64,000 nt of DNA from Parcubacteria group bacterium (GCA_041674205.1 JBAYWF010000002.1:46940-110939), one strand, 5' to 3'; positions 9,656 to 19,668 are shown, counted from the first letter of the stretch. The notes: generated by a model not told the origin, from the sequence alone. A program made the numbers and translations.

Positions 9656-11068
9656 TCATAAAAAATCGATCGGCATAGCATCCCCGCTGAATTCTTTTTT
9701 GTCCAACACCTTTTTATTTTCAACGTCCAAAAGCAAAAAAACCGACTTCCATTCCCGTTCTCCACCCGCTTGGCGATGCGAATTGCCAAAGATGGCCAGA
9801 TAGCGTCCGTCCAACCAGAAGATATCAGACCAATCATCATAACCTTTAGGCAAGGCACCCACTTCCATCCTTTCCTTGGTCGCTACATCGATAGCTAGAA
9901 GTTCAGCGGAATCTTTTACCGTTTCGTTTATGAAAAATACCAGCCTGCCGCCCGGTGAAAAAAACGGAAGTGATTTCATGTCTTCTTTGTCCAATGCGTA
10001 AAATCCGCCTCCATCGATATTCGAAACAGCCAGAACGCTGCTAGGCGCTTCCGTAAATTCATTTTTGAAAGTGAAAACGGCTTTTTTGCCATCCGCAGAA
10101 ATTGCCGCTTCCTGAAAACCGCCTTTCTGCCTTCCGATTTTCCCTCCCAAATCAAATGGAACATCTGATTTTTCCGCCGCTACGATAAAAATTCCTGATC
10201 GGCCTCCATCTCCAGGCTCCGGATCGATAATCAGATTAGCATTGGGCGCCCAGCGCGCTTCCATCCCAGCCAGCGCGCTGCTTTCTGATCCTCCAATCGG
10301 AGCGGGATCACCCGCTAATTTGGTATCGATAACATATAGCCGGTGGGATCCGGCGGAAACTTCCACGAAGCTCAAAAACCTGCTGTCAAAAGACCATTGG
10401 GGTTTCACCAAATCAAAAACATAAGTATTTTTTTTCAGGACCTGTTCCGAAGCGAATCCTGGATCAGCGACCAGCGCTTCTTTTTTTCCAACCAGCAATC
10501 TATTCTCCCTGCTTGCCAAATCATACGAATATAATCCGTCGATTGCCACATATGCCAGCTTTTTTTTATCAGGCGATAAAACGACACTTGCGACTGGCAC
10601 ATCTGTCCCGTCAGACAATCCATCCAAACTCCGGTCAAATTCCAAAACTACTTCCTGATAATCCTTTTTGATATCTTCCCGACTGACAATCACATGATTG
10701 CCTTGTCCGGAAACCACCAGAAGCGCCCCATGGTAGGCGTTACCTTCTTCGGCAAAGCCCTCCAAATCCCAAATATTGCCATCCGCAAACTGAGCCGCCG
10801 CTTGATTCTCTTGACCAGCCATCACTTTTATGCCGCCGACTTTCCCAAAGTCATTCCCTTGCCATTGATACACGCCTGCGGTCGCTATGGCAACCGAGAT
10901 GGCTAAAGCTGCCACGACGGCTAATTCCCTGCGAACCTTGCGCCGATTATAACGGAAACTCAGCCCTTGCCTGATCTCGATTCTCTTATGTTTGATCATA
11001 TCCCATTCGGCGACCACTTTCTCCTCGATTGCCTGGCCAAACGAATGCGCATCAAATTTTTTTTCCAT
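9656..11068 (-). CDS. membrane-anchored TolB-like beta-propeller (PD40/WD40-like) protein
   Basis: short cytoplasmic N-term, one TM (LAVVAALAISVAIATAGVYQW), repeated propeller-like segments. Confidence 0.5.
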   Translation of the reverse strand: MEKKFDAHSFGQAIEEKVVAEWDMIKHKRIEIRQGLSFRYNRRKVRRELAVVAALAISVAIATAGVYQWQGNDFGKVGGIKVMAGQENQAAAQFADGNIWDLEGFAEEGNAYHGALLVVSGQGNHVIVSREDIKKDYQEVVLEFDRSLDGLSDGTDVPVASVVLSPDKKKLAYVAIDGLYSYDLASRENRLLVGKKEALVADPGFASEQVLKKNTYVFDLVKPQWSFDSRFLSFVEVSAGSHRLYVIDTKLAGDPAPIGGSESSALAGMEARWAPNANLIIDPEPGDGGRSGIFIVAAEKSDVPFDLGGKIGRQKGGFQEAAISADGKKAVFTFKNEFTEAPSSVLAVSNIDGGGFYALDKEDMKSLPFFSPGGRLVFFINETVKDSAELLAIDVATKERMEVGALPKGYDDWSDIFWLDGRYLAIFGNSHRQAGGEREWKSVFLLLDVENKKVLDKKEFSGDAMPIDFL

Positions 11069-11178
11069 AATTTGTTTTTTTTAAGACAAATCGCACTAAT
11101 CAGAAACCTAGACAAAAAAATCGCACCGTCAAACCAGCACATCCACATAATACCATAAAAAACATTTACTTAAAACCT

Positions 11179-11206
11179 AAAAAAAGACGCACTTGGCGTC
11201 TTTTTT
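11179..11206. terminator. terminator hairpin downstream of rplA
   Basis: aaaaaaAGACGCacttgGCGTCTtttttt. Confidence 0.6.
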
Positions 11207-11231
11207 AGTCGATTACCTTAATTTGGAAATC

Positions 11232-11903
11232 CTACAGGCTGATTTTCATTCCCCGTCCCATCGTCGAGCAAACCGTCATATTAGCCATCAGTTTCCCCTT
11301 GAAAGCGGCCGGCTTCACTTTTTCTACCGCCTCGATGAAAGCTTTAATATTTTCAATAAGTTTCGCATCATCAAACGAAAGCTTGCCCACCGCCTGGTGG
11401 ATATTGGCTGAGTCATCATTCTTGAAGGCAGCCCGTCCTTTTTTCAATGCCTCCACAGCCTCTTTGATCTTAGTGGTCACCGTCTCAGTCTTCGGGTTAG
11501 GCATCAATCCTTTCGGCCCGAGCACTTTAGCCACCTTGGCCAATTTCGGCATCATCTCAGGAGTCGCAACCAAGACATCGAAGTCGATTTTTTTAGAGAA
11601 TCCTTCGATCATTTCTTCTCCACCGACGATATCCGCTCCAGCCGCCTTGGCCTCATCCACGCTGGTTGAAGTTATGACCGCCACGCGCTTGGCCTTGCCA
11701 GTCCCGTGAGGAAGCACGACAGTTCCACGCACCTGTTGGTCGCCCTTTTTAGTGTCCACATTGGTTTTGATATGCACTTCGACCGACTCATCGAATTTGG
11801 CGATTTTATTTTCCTTCATCAACTTCACCGCCTCTTCCAAAGAATAAACTTTGTCCTTGGAGATTTTTTCCGCAGCCGCCCTGTACTTTTTCCCGTGCTT
11901 CAT
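11232..11903 (-). CDS. rplA: 50S ribosomal protein L1 (start taken at MKHGKKY; ORF extends to 11954)
   Basis: MKHGKKYRAAAEK... canonical L1 N-terminus. Confidence 0.9.
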   Translation of the reverse strand: MKHGKKYRAAAEKISKDKVYSLEEAVKLMKENKIAKFDESVEVHIKTNVDTKKGDQQVRGTVVLPHGTGKAKRVAVITSTSVDEAKAAGADIVGGEEMIEGFSKKIDFDVLVATPEMMPKLAKVAKVLGPKGLMPNPKTETVTTKIKEAVEALKKGRAAFKNDDSANIHQAVGKLSFDDAKLIENIKAFIEAVEKVKPAAFKGKLMANMTVCSTMGRGMKISL

Positions 11904-11965
11904 ATAATTTGCGTGGTTCAAGCGATGCATATTATAACCTAACGCATCTCCCACAAAATTAAAAA
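11904..11965 (-). promoter_or_regulatory. candidate L1-binding autoregulatory leader between rplK and rplA
   Basis: mRNA sense ...UUUGUGGGAGAUGCGUUAGGUUAUAAUAUGCAUCGC...; resembles the rRNA L1-stalk mimic; not folded. Confidence 0.3.
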
Positions 11966-12391
11966 TTAATTCTCTATTTTCACGCCCATCGATCTCGCCG
12001 TTCCGGCGATGATTTTCATAGCCGCTTCCACATCATTCGCATTAAGATCCGGCAATTTCTTTTCCGCGATCTCCCGCAATTTCGCTTCGCTTATTTTGCC
12101 AACTTTGTCCTTTAAAGGATTTCCAGCACCTTTCTCGATGCCGGCAGCTTTCCGCAACAAGTCGGAAGCAGGAGGGGTTTTCAAAACGAAACTGAATGTC
12201 CGATCTTCAAAAACAGTGATTTCAGCCGGGATGATATCCCCCATCTGCGCCTTAGTCGCTTCATTGAATTTGGTGCAGAACTCCTGGATATTAAGGCCGT
12301 GCTGGCCCAACGCCGGACCGACTGGAGGCGCCGGATTAGCCTTTCCAGCTCCGATTTGCAATTTGATAACGGTTTTAATTTTCTTTGCCAT
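11966..12391 (-). CDS. rplK: 50S ribosomal protein L11
   Basis: [29 protein letters not shown]. Confidence 0.95.
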   Translation of the reverse strand: MAKKIKTVIKLQIGAGKANPAPPVGPALGQHGLNIQEFCTKFNEATKAQMGDIIPAEITVFEDRTFSFVLKTPPASDLLRKAAGIEKGAGNPLKDKVGKISEAKLREIAEKKLPDLNANDVEAAMKIIAGTARSMGVKIEN

Positions 12392-12477
12392 GTGATTAGT
12401 TCTTAGTTTTTAATGATATCGCGCATTTGGAATCCCGTACTAAGAAGCCTGTACGAAACCCGACACGCGCTCGTAAA

Positions 12478-13023
12478 TTATAGTTTGCGTATCTGCAGGA
12501 AATCCAATTCGACCGGGGTTTCCCTTCCGAAAATCGAAACCAGCACCTTGACCCTGCCTTTGGCTTCGTCCACCTCGTCCACCTTCGCGTCGAAGTCTTT
12601 AAACGGACCGTCCACGACCTTGATGGAATCGCCGACTTTGACATCAATTTTATATTTCGGTTCAGCCACGCCCATCCGCTTTTTCAACATTTCGATTTCC
12701 GCCGGATCAACCGGAGTCGGCGTCGTACCCAGTCCGATGAAACCGGTCACGTTCGGAGTATTGCGGACGACATACCAGGACGCGTCCGTCACGATCATAT
12801 CCACCAGGACATATCCGGGATAAATTTTCTCTTCTACGACCGTCCTTTTGCCAGCCTTGATCTTTATTTTCTTTTCAATCGGGACCATCGCGTCGAAAAT
12901 CAGATCCTGCATATCCATCGATTCGATCCTCTGTTTCAAGTTTCGAGCGACATTATCCTCATAACCGCTGTAGGTATGGATAACATACCAGGCCCGCCCG
13001 TGATGTTGGGTTTGTTTCGCCAT
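12478..13023 (-). CDS. nusG: transcription antitermination factor NusG
   Basis: WYVIHTYSGYE N-terminus, KOW C-terminus. Confidence 0.9.
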   Translation of the reverse strand: MAKQTQHHGRAWYVIHTYSGYEDNVARNLKQRIESMDMQDLIFDAMVPIEKKIKIKAGKRTVVEEKIYPGYVLVDMIVTDASWYVVRNTPNVTGFIGLGTTPTPVDPAEIEMLKKRMGVAEPKYKIDVKVGDSIKVVDGPFKDFDAKVDEVDEAKGRVKVLVSIFGRETPVELDFLQIRKL

Positions 13024-13024
13024 A

Positions 13025-13210
13025 TTATTTTATGATAAATGTTTTTAATAAGTAACTGAATACGTAATCCAAACTTCCTAGAAAAACCGCCCCGGCGATG
13101 CTGATGCCGATAACTAAAATCGTATAATTTATAGTCTGCCGCTTATTCGGCCAGTTGACCTTCATAAGTTCCGCCCGTGCTTCCCGTAAAAATGTGGTTA
13201 TTTTATTCAT
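13025..13210 (-). CDS. secE: preprotein translocase subunit SecE
   Basis: 61 aa, single TM, FLREARAELMKVNWP. Confidence 0.85.
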   Translation of the reverse strand: MNKITTFLREARAELMKVNWPNKRQTINYTILVIGISIAGAVFLGSLDYVFSYLLKTFIIK

Positions 13211-13343
13211 TTTTTTCCTTTATTTAAGCCTTTTTTTCAAAAAGCGTTTTTAAGCTTTTTTAAAAAGCCCTCTGAGGCTTTTCTATGGATTAATATTACA
13301 TCGTTCCGAACCGATTGTCAACTGCGAAAAACCGCAAGGACTA

Positions 13344-13371
13344 TGGACAAATTTTTTCTTTACTATATAAT
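13344..13371 (+). promoter_or_regulatory. sigma70-like promoter for tRNA-Ala/tRNA-Ile pair
   Basis: TGGACA(16 nt)TATAAT, ~40 nt upstream of tRNA 5' end. Confidence 0.45.
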
Positions 13372-13411
13372 GGATTCTAGTTACCCATAAGACGGATAGA
13401 TTGAAAAATAT

Positions 13412-13485
13412 GGGCCCTTAGCTCAGTTGGCTAGAGCGCCTCGTTTGCACCGAGGAGGCCGGGAGTTCGAATCCCCCAGGGTCCA
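13412..13485 (+). tRNA. tRNA-Ala (anticodon UGC)
   Basis: cloverleaf read by eye; G3:U70 in acceptor stem; anticodon loop tTTGCAc; CCA not encoded. Confidence 0.85.
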
Positions 13486-13551
13486 CAGCATAAATTTTTA
13501 ATTTTAAAATTTTTAATTATAGAGTCGCTTTCGCGACGAATTTTTATTTAC

Positions 13552-13625
13552 GGGCTTATAGCTCAGTTGGTTAGAGCGCGTCACTGATAATGACGAGGTC
13601 TCAAGTTCGAATCTTGATAAGCCCA
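13552..13625 (+). tRNA. tRNA-Ile (anticodon GAU)
   Basis: cloverleaf read by eye; anticodon loop cTGATAa. Confidence 0.85.
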
Positions 13626-13631
13626 CATCGA

Positions 13632-13668
13632 CAAAAAAACAATCCATCATAATGGATTGTTTTTTTTG
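13632..13668. terminator. strong bidirectional rho-independent terminator after tRNA pair
   Basis: aaaaaAACAATCCATcataATGGATTGTTttttttt. Confidence 0.8.
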
Positions 13669-13673
13669 TTGGG

Positions 13674-14051
13674 CTATTTTTTCCGGAAAACCAGGAACAG
13701 GCAGCCTAAAACAAAGGTGATCAATGCCAGCACATGCATCCCTAAAACATTCCTATCTTGCGCGATATCAGCCAAAATCAATCCGATACCGGCGATAACA
13801 AAAAGCATCCCGCCGATCCTGGCATTCCGCCAGGCCGCATAAGCCATCAGGAGATACGCGCTGCCCGGCATCAGGGATGGTAAAAAATGGCTCCACTGGA
13901 AATTTTCCGAAAAAACCTCACCAACAAAAAGAAAAAGTGACATGACCAAGACGACTGAAATAAATCTGGGAATCCGGACCAGCTGGAATCCTTCTTTGCC
14001 GGACGCTTTTTTAACAGTTTTTTTAGAATGCTTTTTTCCGTTTTTTTTCAT
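13674..14051 (-). CDS. small integral membrane protein, unknown function
   Basis: 125 aa, 3-4 predicted TM helices, Lys-rich N-terminus. Confidence 0.45.
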   Translation of the reverse strand: MKKNGKKHSKKTVKKASGKEGFQLVRIPRFISVVLVMSLFLFVGEVFSENFQWSHFLPSLMPGSAYLLMAYAAWRNARIGGMLFVIAGIGLILADIAQDRNVLGMHVLALITFVLGCLFLVFRKK

Positions 14052-14077
14052 AAAATGAAGTTAGCTGCGTTTCCGAT

Positions 14078-16597
14078 CTATTTTGATTTTAAAATAGCTT
14101 TTTTGAACGCGTCACCTTTCTCTTCGAAATTCTTCCAAACGCTATAACTCGGTGAAGCGGTCGAAAGCAAACATATTCCGCCAGGCCTGCTATTGGCAAA
14201 AGCGAATTCTACCGCTTCATCCATTTCTCCGGTATGTAAAATATGGTATTTCTTCTTGGACTTTTTACGCAAAGCCGCCGCGATTTTTTTCCCGCTATCA
14301 GGAAAAAAGGCGATATTTCTGACTTTCGATTTATCGATAGCGACGGCTAGCTTCAAAAAGTCATAACCCCGATCCAATCCACCCAAAAATATCGTATCCA
14401 CATCTTCCAATGAATCGATGGCCGCCATAGTCGACTCAGGCGTAGTCGAAATCGCATCGTCATAAAATCTGATTCCCTGAAATTCACCGACCAGCTCCAA
14501 GCGATGCGGCAAAGATCGGAATCCCTCAATGCCTTGTTTTATGGTATTTTTAGAAATTCCCAGCACATCAGCCACGGCGATTGCCGCTTTGATATTTTCT
14601 ACATTATGCTTGCCTAGCAAGGGGACCTTTATATCTCCTAGGCCTATCCCATTGAATGGAACTTTTTTTACATTCAAGCCGGCGAGTCTTTTTTCCAACT
14701 CACGATCTTTTTGATTAAATACGCAAACATCGGTCTGATTCTGAAATTTCACAATATTGCTCTTGGCCGCATAATATTTTTCCACACCACCATGGTAATT
14801 CATATGTTCAGGAAAAAGATTAAGCATCACCGCGATATTCGGCGAATACCGGATATCATCCAATTGATAGCTGGAGAGTTCGATGACGAAAATTTCTTCC
14901 GGATCGATCGGTTGCAATATGGCTTCCAGCATCGGACTGCCGATATTTCCCAATAGCCTGGCTTTTTTCCCCGCGGCCTGCAAAATAGAAAAAATGAGTG
15001 AAGCCGTAGTGCTCTTGCCTTTGCTGCCCGTGACTCCAATGGTCAGATTCGCCACTTGGGAAAAAAACAAGTTAGTCGCGGTCGTGTATGGCCGAGTGAT
15101 CAATTCCTTAGGCAAGCCCGGAGTTTTTATAACCAAATCAAATCCATCCTGTTTTTCCAAATAATCCGATCCGTCCTTTTCGTCCGCGATGGCAATTTTT
15201 ATTTTTGGAAAATATTTTCTTATATATTTCCCAGTCACCATCCCTTCCTTGCCATAACCTAAAATCAGTGCATTTTTAATACCCGATAACTTGAATTTAT
15301 CAGGCAATGCTGGCGCCGGGTTTGTCTCAAAGACCTTTTTAATAAGCTTGTCTGGATTTTTTATCCTATTGACGACATTTTGCATAATAAAGCTGTCTGT
15401 GAATTTGTCCTTAGCCGAAAACAAAGCCGCACGCGACTCATCAAAAGTACCGACACAATCGAAGGGTTTCATTTTTCCATAACCCAACACGTCCAAAAAT
15501 AAAGGCAATAGTTTTTCATCCGCATACATATCCTTATGGAAAATTTCCATCATTTCCCGCTTGCTCAAAAAAGCTGATAAGAGAATCCACATAAAAACGC
15601 ATTTAGGACATTCGCCGCACCACAATCCGTTCGGCCGATCCTTATGTATGCGGAAGCTGCGGTTGCAACTCGTAAATAAGGGGAAATATTTTTTATACCT
15701 TACGAACATCTCCACGATGCGGATCTCATAGAACGGGCGCAAAAGGGAGAAATATGTGACATCCGGACAGATATTTTTTCTAGTATATTCCTGGAAAAGT
15801 TTTTCAAATTCAGCCGACTTGCTCCATTGATGGTTGATTTCTTCACCTTTATAGGTGATGTTGCCGAAATTACTGCTATATTCGTTAGCTACGACCACCC
15901 GGGCATAATCATAAACGATCGCCGCGAAATAACCCAGAAAAGCGAAGACGGCCGAAATCGGGATATGTCCGTTATAGGCACCGGGAAAATCATCAAATAT
16001 CTTATCGTCCACACGCCTATTAATCACCAATGATCCGATTTTCAATTCCTCGGCTATCCGAACGGAAATCGGGGATTTTTTTTGCGTTTCAATCAAAAGA
16101 GCCGTGATATCCTCCCGCTGCTCCTTCAAAAGTTCCGCCGCCACGATCGAATCCTTGCCGCCGCCGATACCTACCAGTGAACGGTTTTTCCGGACCAGTT
16201 TGCGCGCGATCGGTTTCTTTTTCGCGTCATACGGGAATCTGACCAAATTATGCGGATCAATTCCGTTGCGATAAAAAAATTCACCCAAACCTTTCCGATA
16301 AACCGTATTCCAAAATTCCGCCTGATCCTTGGAAAGGACGGAGGAAATTTTTATTTTTTTCGGACAATATAATTTATAATAACTTATTCCCAATATGATA
16401 TGGATGCTGGATAATAAGTTTTTCAAAATTTCCGGATGGATGCCGGACACTGAAAATTTATCCGAAAAAGATATCGTCTCTGAAAAACGCAACGGCTCCC
16501 GATCGGCAAAAATTATCTCATAGTCAAAAACAGCCCTGGTTTTATCCGGCTCCAACTTATACGAAATAAAATTAAAGACTTTCGGATTAGGTTTCAT
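14078..16597 (-). CDS. fusion protein: N-terminal PP-loop ATP-pyrophosphatase domain (QueC-like, C-terminal CxxCxxC) + complete MurD-like Mur ligase
   Basis: SGGxDS-type PP-loop LVGIGGGKDS, CGECPKC; C-terminal half has MurD Rossmann N-domain and Mur ligase P-loop GVTGSKGKSTT. Confidence 0.7.
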   Translation of the reverse strand: MKPNPKVFNFISYKLEPDKTRAVFDYEIIFADREPLRFSETISFSDKFSVSGIHPEILKNLLSSIHIILGISYYKLYCPKKIKISSVLSKDQAEFWNTVYRKGLGEFFYRNGIDPHNLVRFPYDAKKKPIARKLVRKNRSLVGIGGGKDSIVAAELLKEQREDITALLIETQKKSPISVRIAEELKIGSLVINRRVDDKIFDDFPGAYNGHIPISAVFAFLGYFAAIVYDYARVVVANEYSSNFGNITYKGEEINHQWSKSAEFEKLFQEYTRKNICPDVTYFSLLRPFYEIRIVEMFVRYKKYFPLFTSCNRSFRIHKDRPNGLWCGECPKCVFMWILLSAFLSKREMMEIFHKDMYADEKLLPLFLDVLGYGKMKPFDCVGTFDESRAALFSAKDKFTDSFIMQNVVNRIKNPDKLIKKVFETNPAPALPDKFKLSGIKNALILGYGKEGMVTGKYIRKYFPKIKIAIADEKDGSDYLEKQDGFDLVIKTPGLPKELITRPYTTATNLFFSQVANLTIGVTGSKGKSTTASLIFSILQAAGKKARLLGNIGSPMLEAILQPIDPEEIFVIELSSYQLDDIRYSPNIAVMLNLFPEHMNYHGGVEKYYAAKSNIVKFQNQTDVCVFNQKDRELEKRLAGLNVKKVPFNGIGLGDIKVPLLGKHNVENIKAAIAVADVLGISKNTIKQGIEGFRSLPHRLELVGEFQGIRFYDDAISTTPESTMAAIDSLEDVDTIFLGGLDRGYDFLKLAVAIDKSKVRNIAFFPDSGKKIAAALRKKSKKKYHILHTGEMDEAVEFAFANSRPGGICLLSTASPSYSVWKNFEEKGDAFKKAILKSK

Positions 16598-16608
16598 TCT
16601 GATTTATC

Positions 16609-18180
16609 TCAGCGTCTAATTACCTCACCGAACCGGCCACCCGCATAAACTCCGTCTTGCAGCGCGATCTGTCCATTGACTAAAACCAGATCGATGCCTT
16701 TGTTATACCGATAGGGATTTTCCTGGGTGGCGAAATCGCAGATTTCATCGCGATTGATGATTACGATATCCGCGAAATATTTTTCTTTTAACATCCCTCT
16801 TTTTTTGATGCCGAATTTCCGCGCCGGCAATGAAGTCATTTTCGCGATCGCCTCTTCCCATCGCAAAAGCCTTTTACCCAAGACATATTTAGCCAAGACC
16901 CGCGGAAAAGTCCCAAAGCTTCGCGGATGCACCACCTCGCCCGTCTGTCCATGATTGTCACGATAGCCGGAACCGTTAGTCGAGATGACCGCGGCCGGAT
17001 GGACGATCGCTTTTTCGATGTTTTCTTCGCTCAAAACATCCATCGAAATGATGACTTGCCCGTCTGAAGCGATCAAAATATCCACTATGGCATCTTCTAT
17101 CGATTTTTCTTGGGAAACGGCTATTTCCGCGATTTTCCGCCTGGCCAGCGTCTTATTCAAGGGGGAACTGGCTATTTCTATCTTGGAATAATCGATTGCT
17201 GACGCTTTCATTTCCGCCACAACCTTAGCACGGTTTGCCGGATCTTTCAAGCGGTTGAGCATCATTTTCTTACCCCCATCAGTCGCCCAAGACGGCAATA
17301 GCGTATACAGGACCGAACCGGTATTCGTGTATGGATAAACATCAAAAGTCACGTCCAATCCGGTTTCGCGCGCCCGGGAAATCATATTCAAGGCATCCTC
17401 CATCATAGGCCAGTTTTCTTCTCCCATAACTTTGAGATGGGATATGTGCAATTTGACTTTCGTCAGACGGGCAATTTCGATCGATTCTTCAACCGAATCC
17501 AAAAATCCGGCATTTTCATCGCGCATATGAGTCACATACACCCCGCCGCGCTCTTCGATTTTCTCCGCCAAACTGATGATTTCATCCTTAGTCGTGCTTC
17601 TCGCATGGGTATAGACCAACCCGGACGACATTCCCAAGGCGCCTTCCTTCATCGCGTCTGATAATTTTCCCGCCAAAAAATCCACTTCTCTGAAATTGAG
17701 ATTCCGCATCTCATCCCCTAGGATGCTTCGGCGCAAAGTCGCCTGTCCGACCAGCGTGGCAAAATTCACGGACAATTTTTTCCTCCCGATGACATCCAGA
17801 AATTCCCGCATACCCAGCCAATCCAAACTAGTATTATTGACGCTTAGCCATTTCTGCACGGACACGATCGCTTTCGCTCCCAAAAGCGGCGCCAAAGATG
17901 ATCCGCAATTGCCGCCCACGATAGTCGTGATACCCTGATGCACCAAGCTTTCCAGATCCGGATTGGAAAATATCTGCCAATAAGTATCGCTATGGTTATT
18001 CACATCCACAAAACCGGGACACACCAATCGGTCAGCCGCGTCGATTTCGATTTCGCCTTTTTCATTCTGCAAATCCCCGATTTTGGCTATCTTGTCATCC
18101 TTTATGCCGATATCCGCGCGATACATCGGCTCTCCTCCACCATCGATCAGCGTCCCGTTTTTTATTATGATGTCGAACAT
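16609..18180 (-). CDS. D-aminoacylase / N-acyl-D-amino-acid deacylase-family amidohydrolase
   Basis: MFDIIIKNGTLIDGGG...VCPGFVDVNNHSD metal-dependent amidohydrolase N-terminus typical of D-aminoacylases. Confidence 0.7.
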   Translation of the reverse strand: MFDIIIKNGTLIDGGGEPMYRADIGIKDDKIAKIGDLQNEKGEIEIDAADRLVCPGFVDVNNHSDTYWQIFSNPDLESLVHQGITTIVGGNCGSSLAPLLGAKAIVSVQKWLSVNNTSLDWLGMREFLDVIGRKKLSVNFATLVGQATLRRSILGDEMRNLNFREVDFLAGKLSDAMKEGALGMSSGLVYTHARSTTKDEIISLAEKIEERGGVYVTHMRDENAGFLDSVEESIEIARLTKVKLHISHLKVMGEENWPMMEDALNMISRARETGLDVTFDVYPYTNTGSVLYTLLPSWATDGGKKMMLNRLKDPANRAKVVAEMKASAIDYSKIEIASSPLNKTLARRKIAEIAVSQEKSIEDAIVDILIASDGQVIISMDVLSEENIEKAIVHPAAVISTNGSGYRDNHGQTGEVVHPRSFGTFPRVLAKYVLGKRLLRWEEAIAKMTSLPARKFGIKKRGMLKEKYFADIVIINRDEICDFATQENPYRYNKGIDLVLVNGQIALQDGVYAGGRFGEVIRR

Positions 18181-18289
18181 AGCGATTAATTTTAAATTTT
18201 AAGTTTTAAATTTAAAATAAAATTCAAATGTATAAATTTTTAAAATTCAATAAATTTATAATTGATTTTAAATTTATGATTTAAAATTA
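18181..18289. repeat. AT-rich AATTTTAAATT-family repeat tract (amidohydrolase-gap intergenic)
   Basis: taattttaaattttaagttttaaatttaaaataaaattcaaatg... Confidence 0.5.
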
Positions 18290-19294
18290 TTATAACTTAT
18301 TACCGACAAGTTCCGCCATCTCCACTAACCGGTTCGAATATCCCCATTCATTGTCATACCAACCGACCACTTTGATCAGATTGCCGTTCGCCATAGTCAA
18401 AGGCAGGTCCACGATTGCGGAATTCGGATTACCTTTGAAATCCATAGAAACCAGTTGTCCGTCTTCAGTCGCCAGGATATCCTTCAATCCGCCCTGCGCC
18501 GCCATCCTGAACGCGTTGTTGATCTGTTCGACGTCGGCTTCCTGCTTGACGGTGCAGATGAAATCCACAATGGAAACGACCGGCGTCGGCACGCGCAATG
18601 AGATGCCGTCCAATTTACCCTCCAGATGTTCCATCACCAATCCGACCGTTTTGGCCGCGCCGGTCGTAGTCGGGATGATATTCAAAGCGGCCGCCCTGGC
18701 CCGGCGCAAATCGCGATGAGGCAAGTCCTGCAAGCGCTGGTCATTCGTGTACGAATGGGTGGTCGTCATAAAACCTTTTTCCACGCCGAAATTTTCGTCC
18801 AAAACTTTGATCATCGGCGCCAAACAATTGGTCGTACAGGAACCGTTTGAAATTATATTGTCTTTTTCCGGATCATATTCATGCTCGTTGATGCCGAGAA
18901 TATATACCGGAATATCCCCTTTGGGAGGCGCCGACAGAACGACTTTGCGCGCTCCCGCTAACAGATGTTTTTGCGCCTTTTCACGGTCTTCGAAAATTCC
19001 CGTACACTCCAAAACCACATCCACGCCCAAATCATGCCACGGCAACTTTTCCGGCGCCGGCTCGCTTAGATATTTTATCCGCTTGCCATCCACGATCAAG
19101 AACGACCCCTGCGCGTCGACTTCCACCGTGCGGTGATATTTGCCATAACTCGAATCATATTGCAAGAGATGCGCCGCCGTCTTGAGATCGGTCAAATCAT
19201 TGATAGCCACGATTTCCAAGTCTTCTTTTTCAAAAGCGATTTTGAATGATGGCCGTCCGATACGCCCGAAGCCATTGATTGCGATTTTTGTCAT
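18290..19294 (-). CDS. gap: glyceraldehyde-3-phosphate dehydrogenase
   Basis: MTKIAINGFGRIGR, catalytic SCTTNC. Confidence 0.95.
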   Translation of the reverse strand: MTKIAINGFGRIGRPSFKIAFEKEDLEIVAINDLTDLKTAAHLLQYDSSYGKYHRTVEVDAQGSFLIVDGKRIKYLSEPAPEKLPWHDLGVDVVLECTGIFEDREKAQKHLLAGARKVVLSAPPKGDIPVYILGINEHEYDPEKDNIISNGSCTTNCLAPMIKVLDENFGVEKGFMTTTHSYTNDQRLQDLPHRDLRRARAAALNIIPTTTGAAKTVGLVMEHLEGKLDGISLRVPTPVVSIVDFICTVKQEADVEQINNAFRMAAQGGLKDILATEDGQLVSMDFKGNPNSAIVDLPLTMANGNLIKVVGWYDNEWGYSNRLVEMAELVGNKL

Positions 19295-19315
19295 AGTGTG
19301 GAATTTATAAATTTA

Positions 19316-19603
19316 TTAAACCTCGATATTCGTAATCTTCCAATTATCCCCCGCCGCTTTTTCGATTTCAAACCGCGTATTTTTCAGGATCGTATCTTTG
19401 GCGATACTTTCAATTCCGAACCGCACGTTTTCCAGATTCAACTCATCGAAATGCTCGTCGTGCGCGTGATCATGATGATGGTCGTGCGGCATGCTGGCGC
19501 CGCCGATTTCCAAGGAAACCGATTTGATATTCCCGATATTTTTTTCTCGGCTGATTCGCAAAACGGCATCGACGATTTCCTTGGCTAATAAAAAATCATG
19601 CAT
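19316..19603 (-). CDS. HypA-like Ni-metallochaperone with His-rich segment, lacking the Zn-finger CxxC pairs
   Basis: MHDFLLAKEIVD (MHE-type N-terminus), HDHHHDHAHDEH; no Cys. Confidence 0.5.
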   Translation of the reverse strand: MHDFLLAKEIVDAVLRISREKNIGNIKSVSLEIGGASMPHDHHHDHAHDEHFDELNLENVRFGIESIAKDTILKNTRFEIEKAAGDNWKITNIEV

Positions 19604-19668
19604 AGGATTCCATAAAACGCAAACTGCGGAACTTAAGTGTCACGCATTTGCGTCGTGCGTTATGCGAT

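Noticed and set aside
9595-9858. 87-aa minus-strand ORF
   Set aside because: Overlaps the 3' part of the TolB-like gene and the intergenic region; no support.
13412-13625. tRNA-associated integrated element
   Set aside because: No integrase, direct repeat of a tRNA 3' end, or foreign-looking genes adjacent; flanking genes are secE/nusG and a membrane protein.
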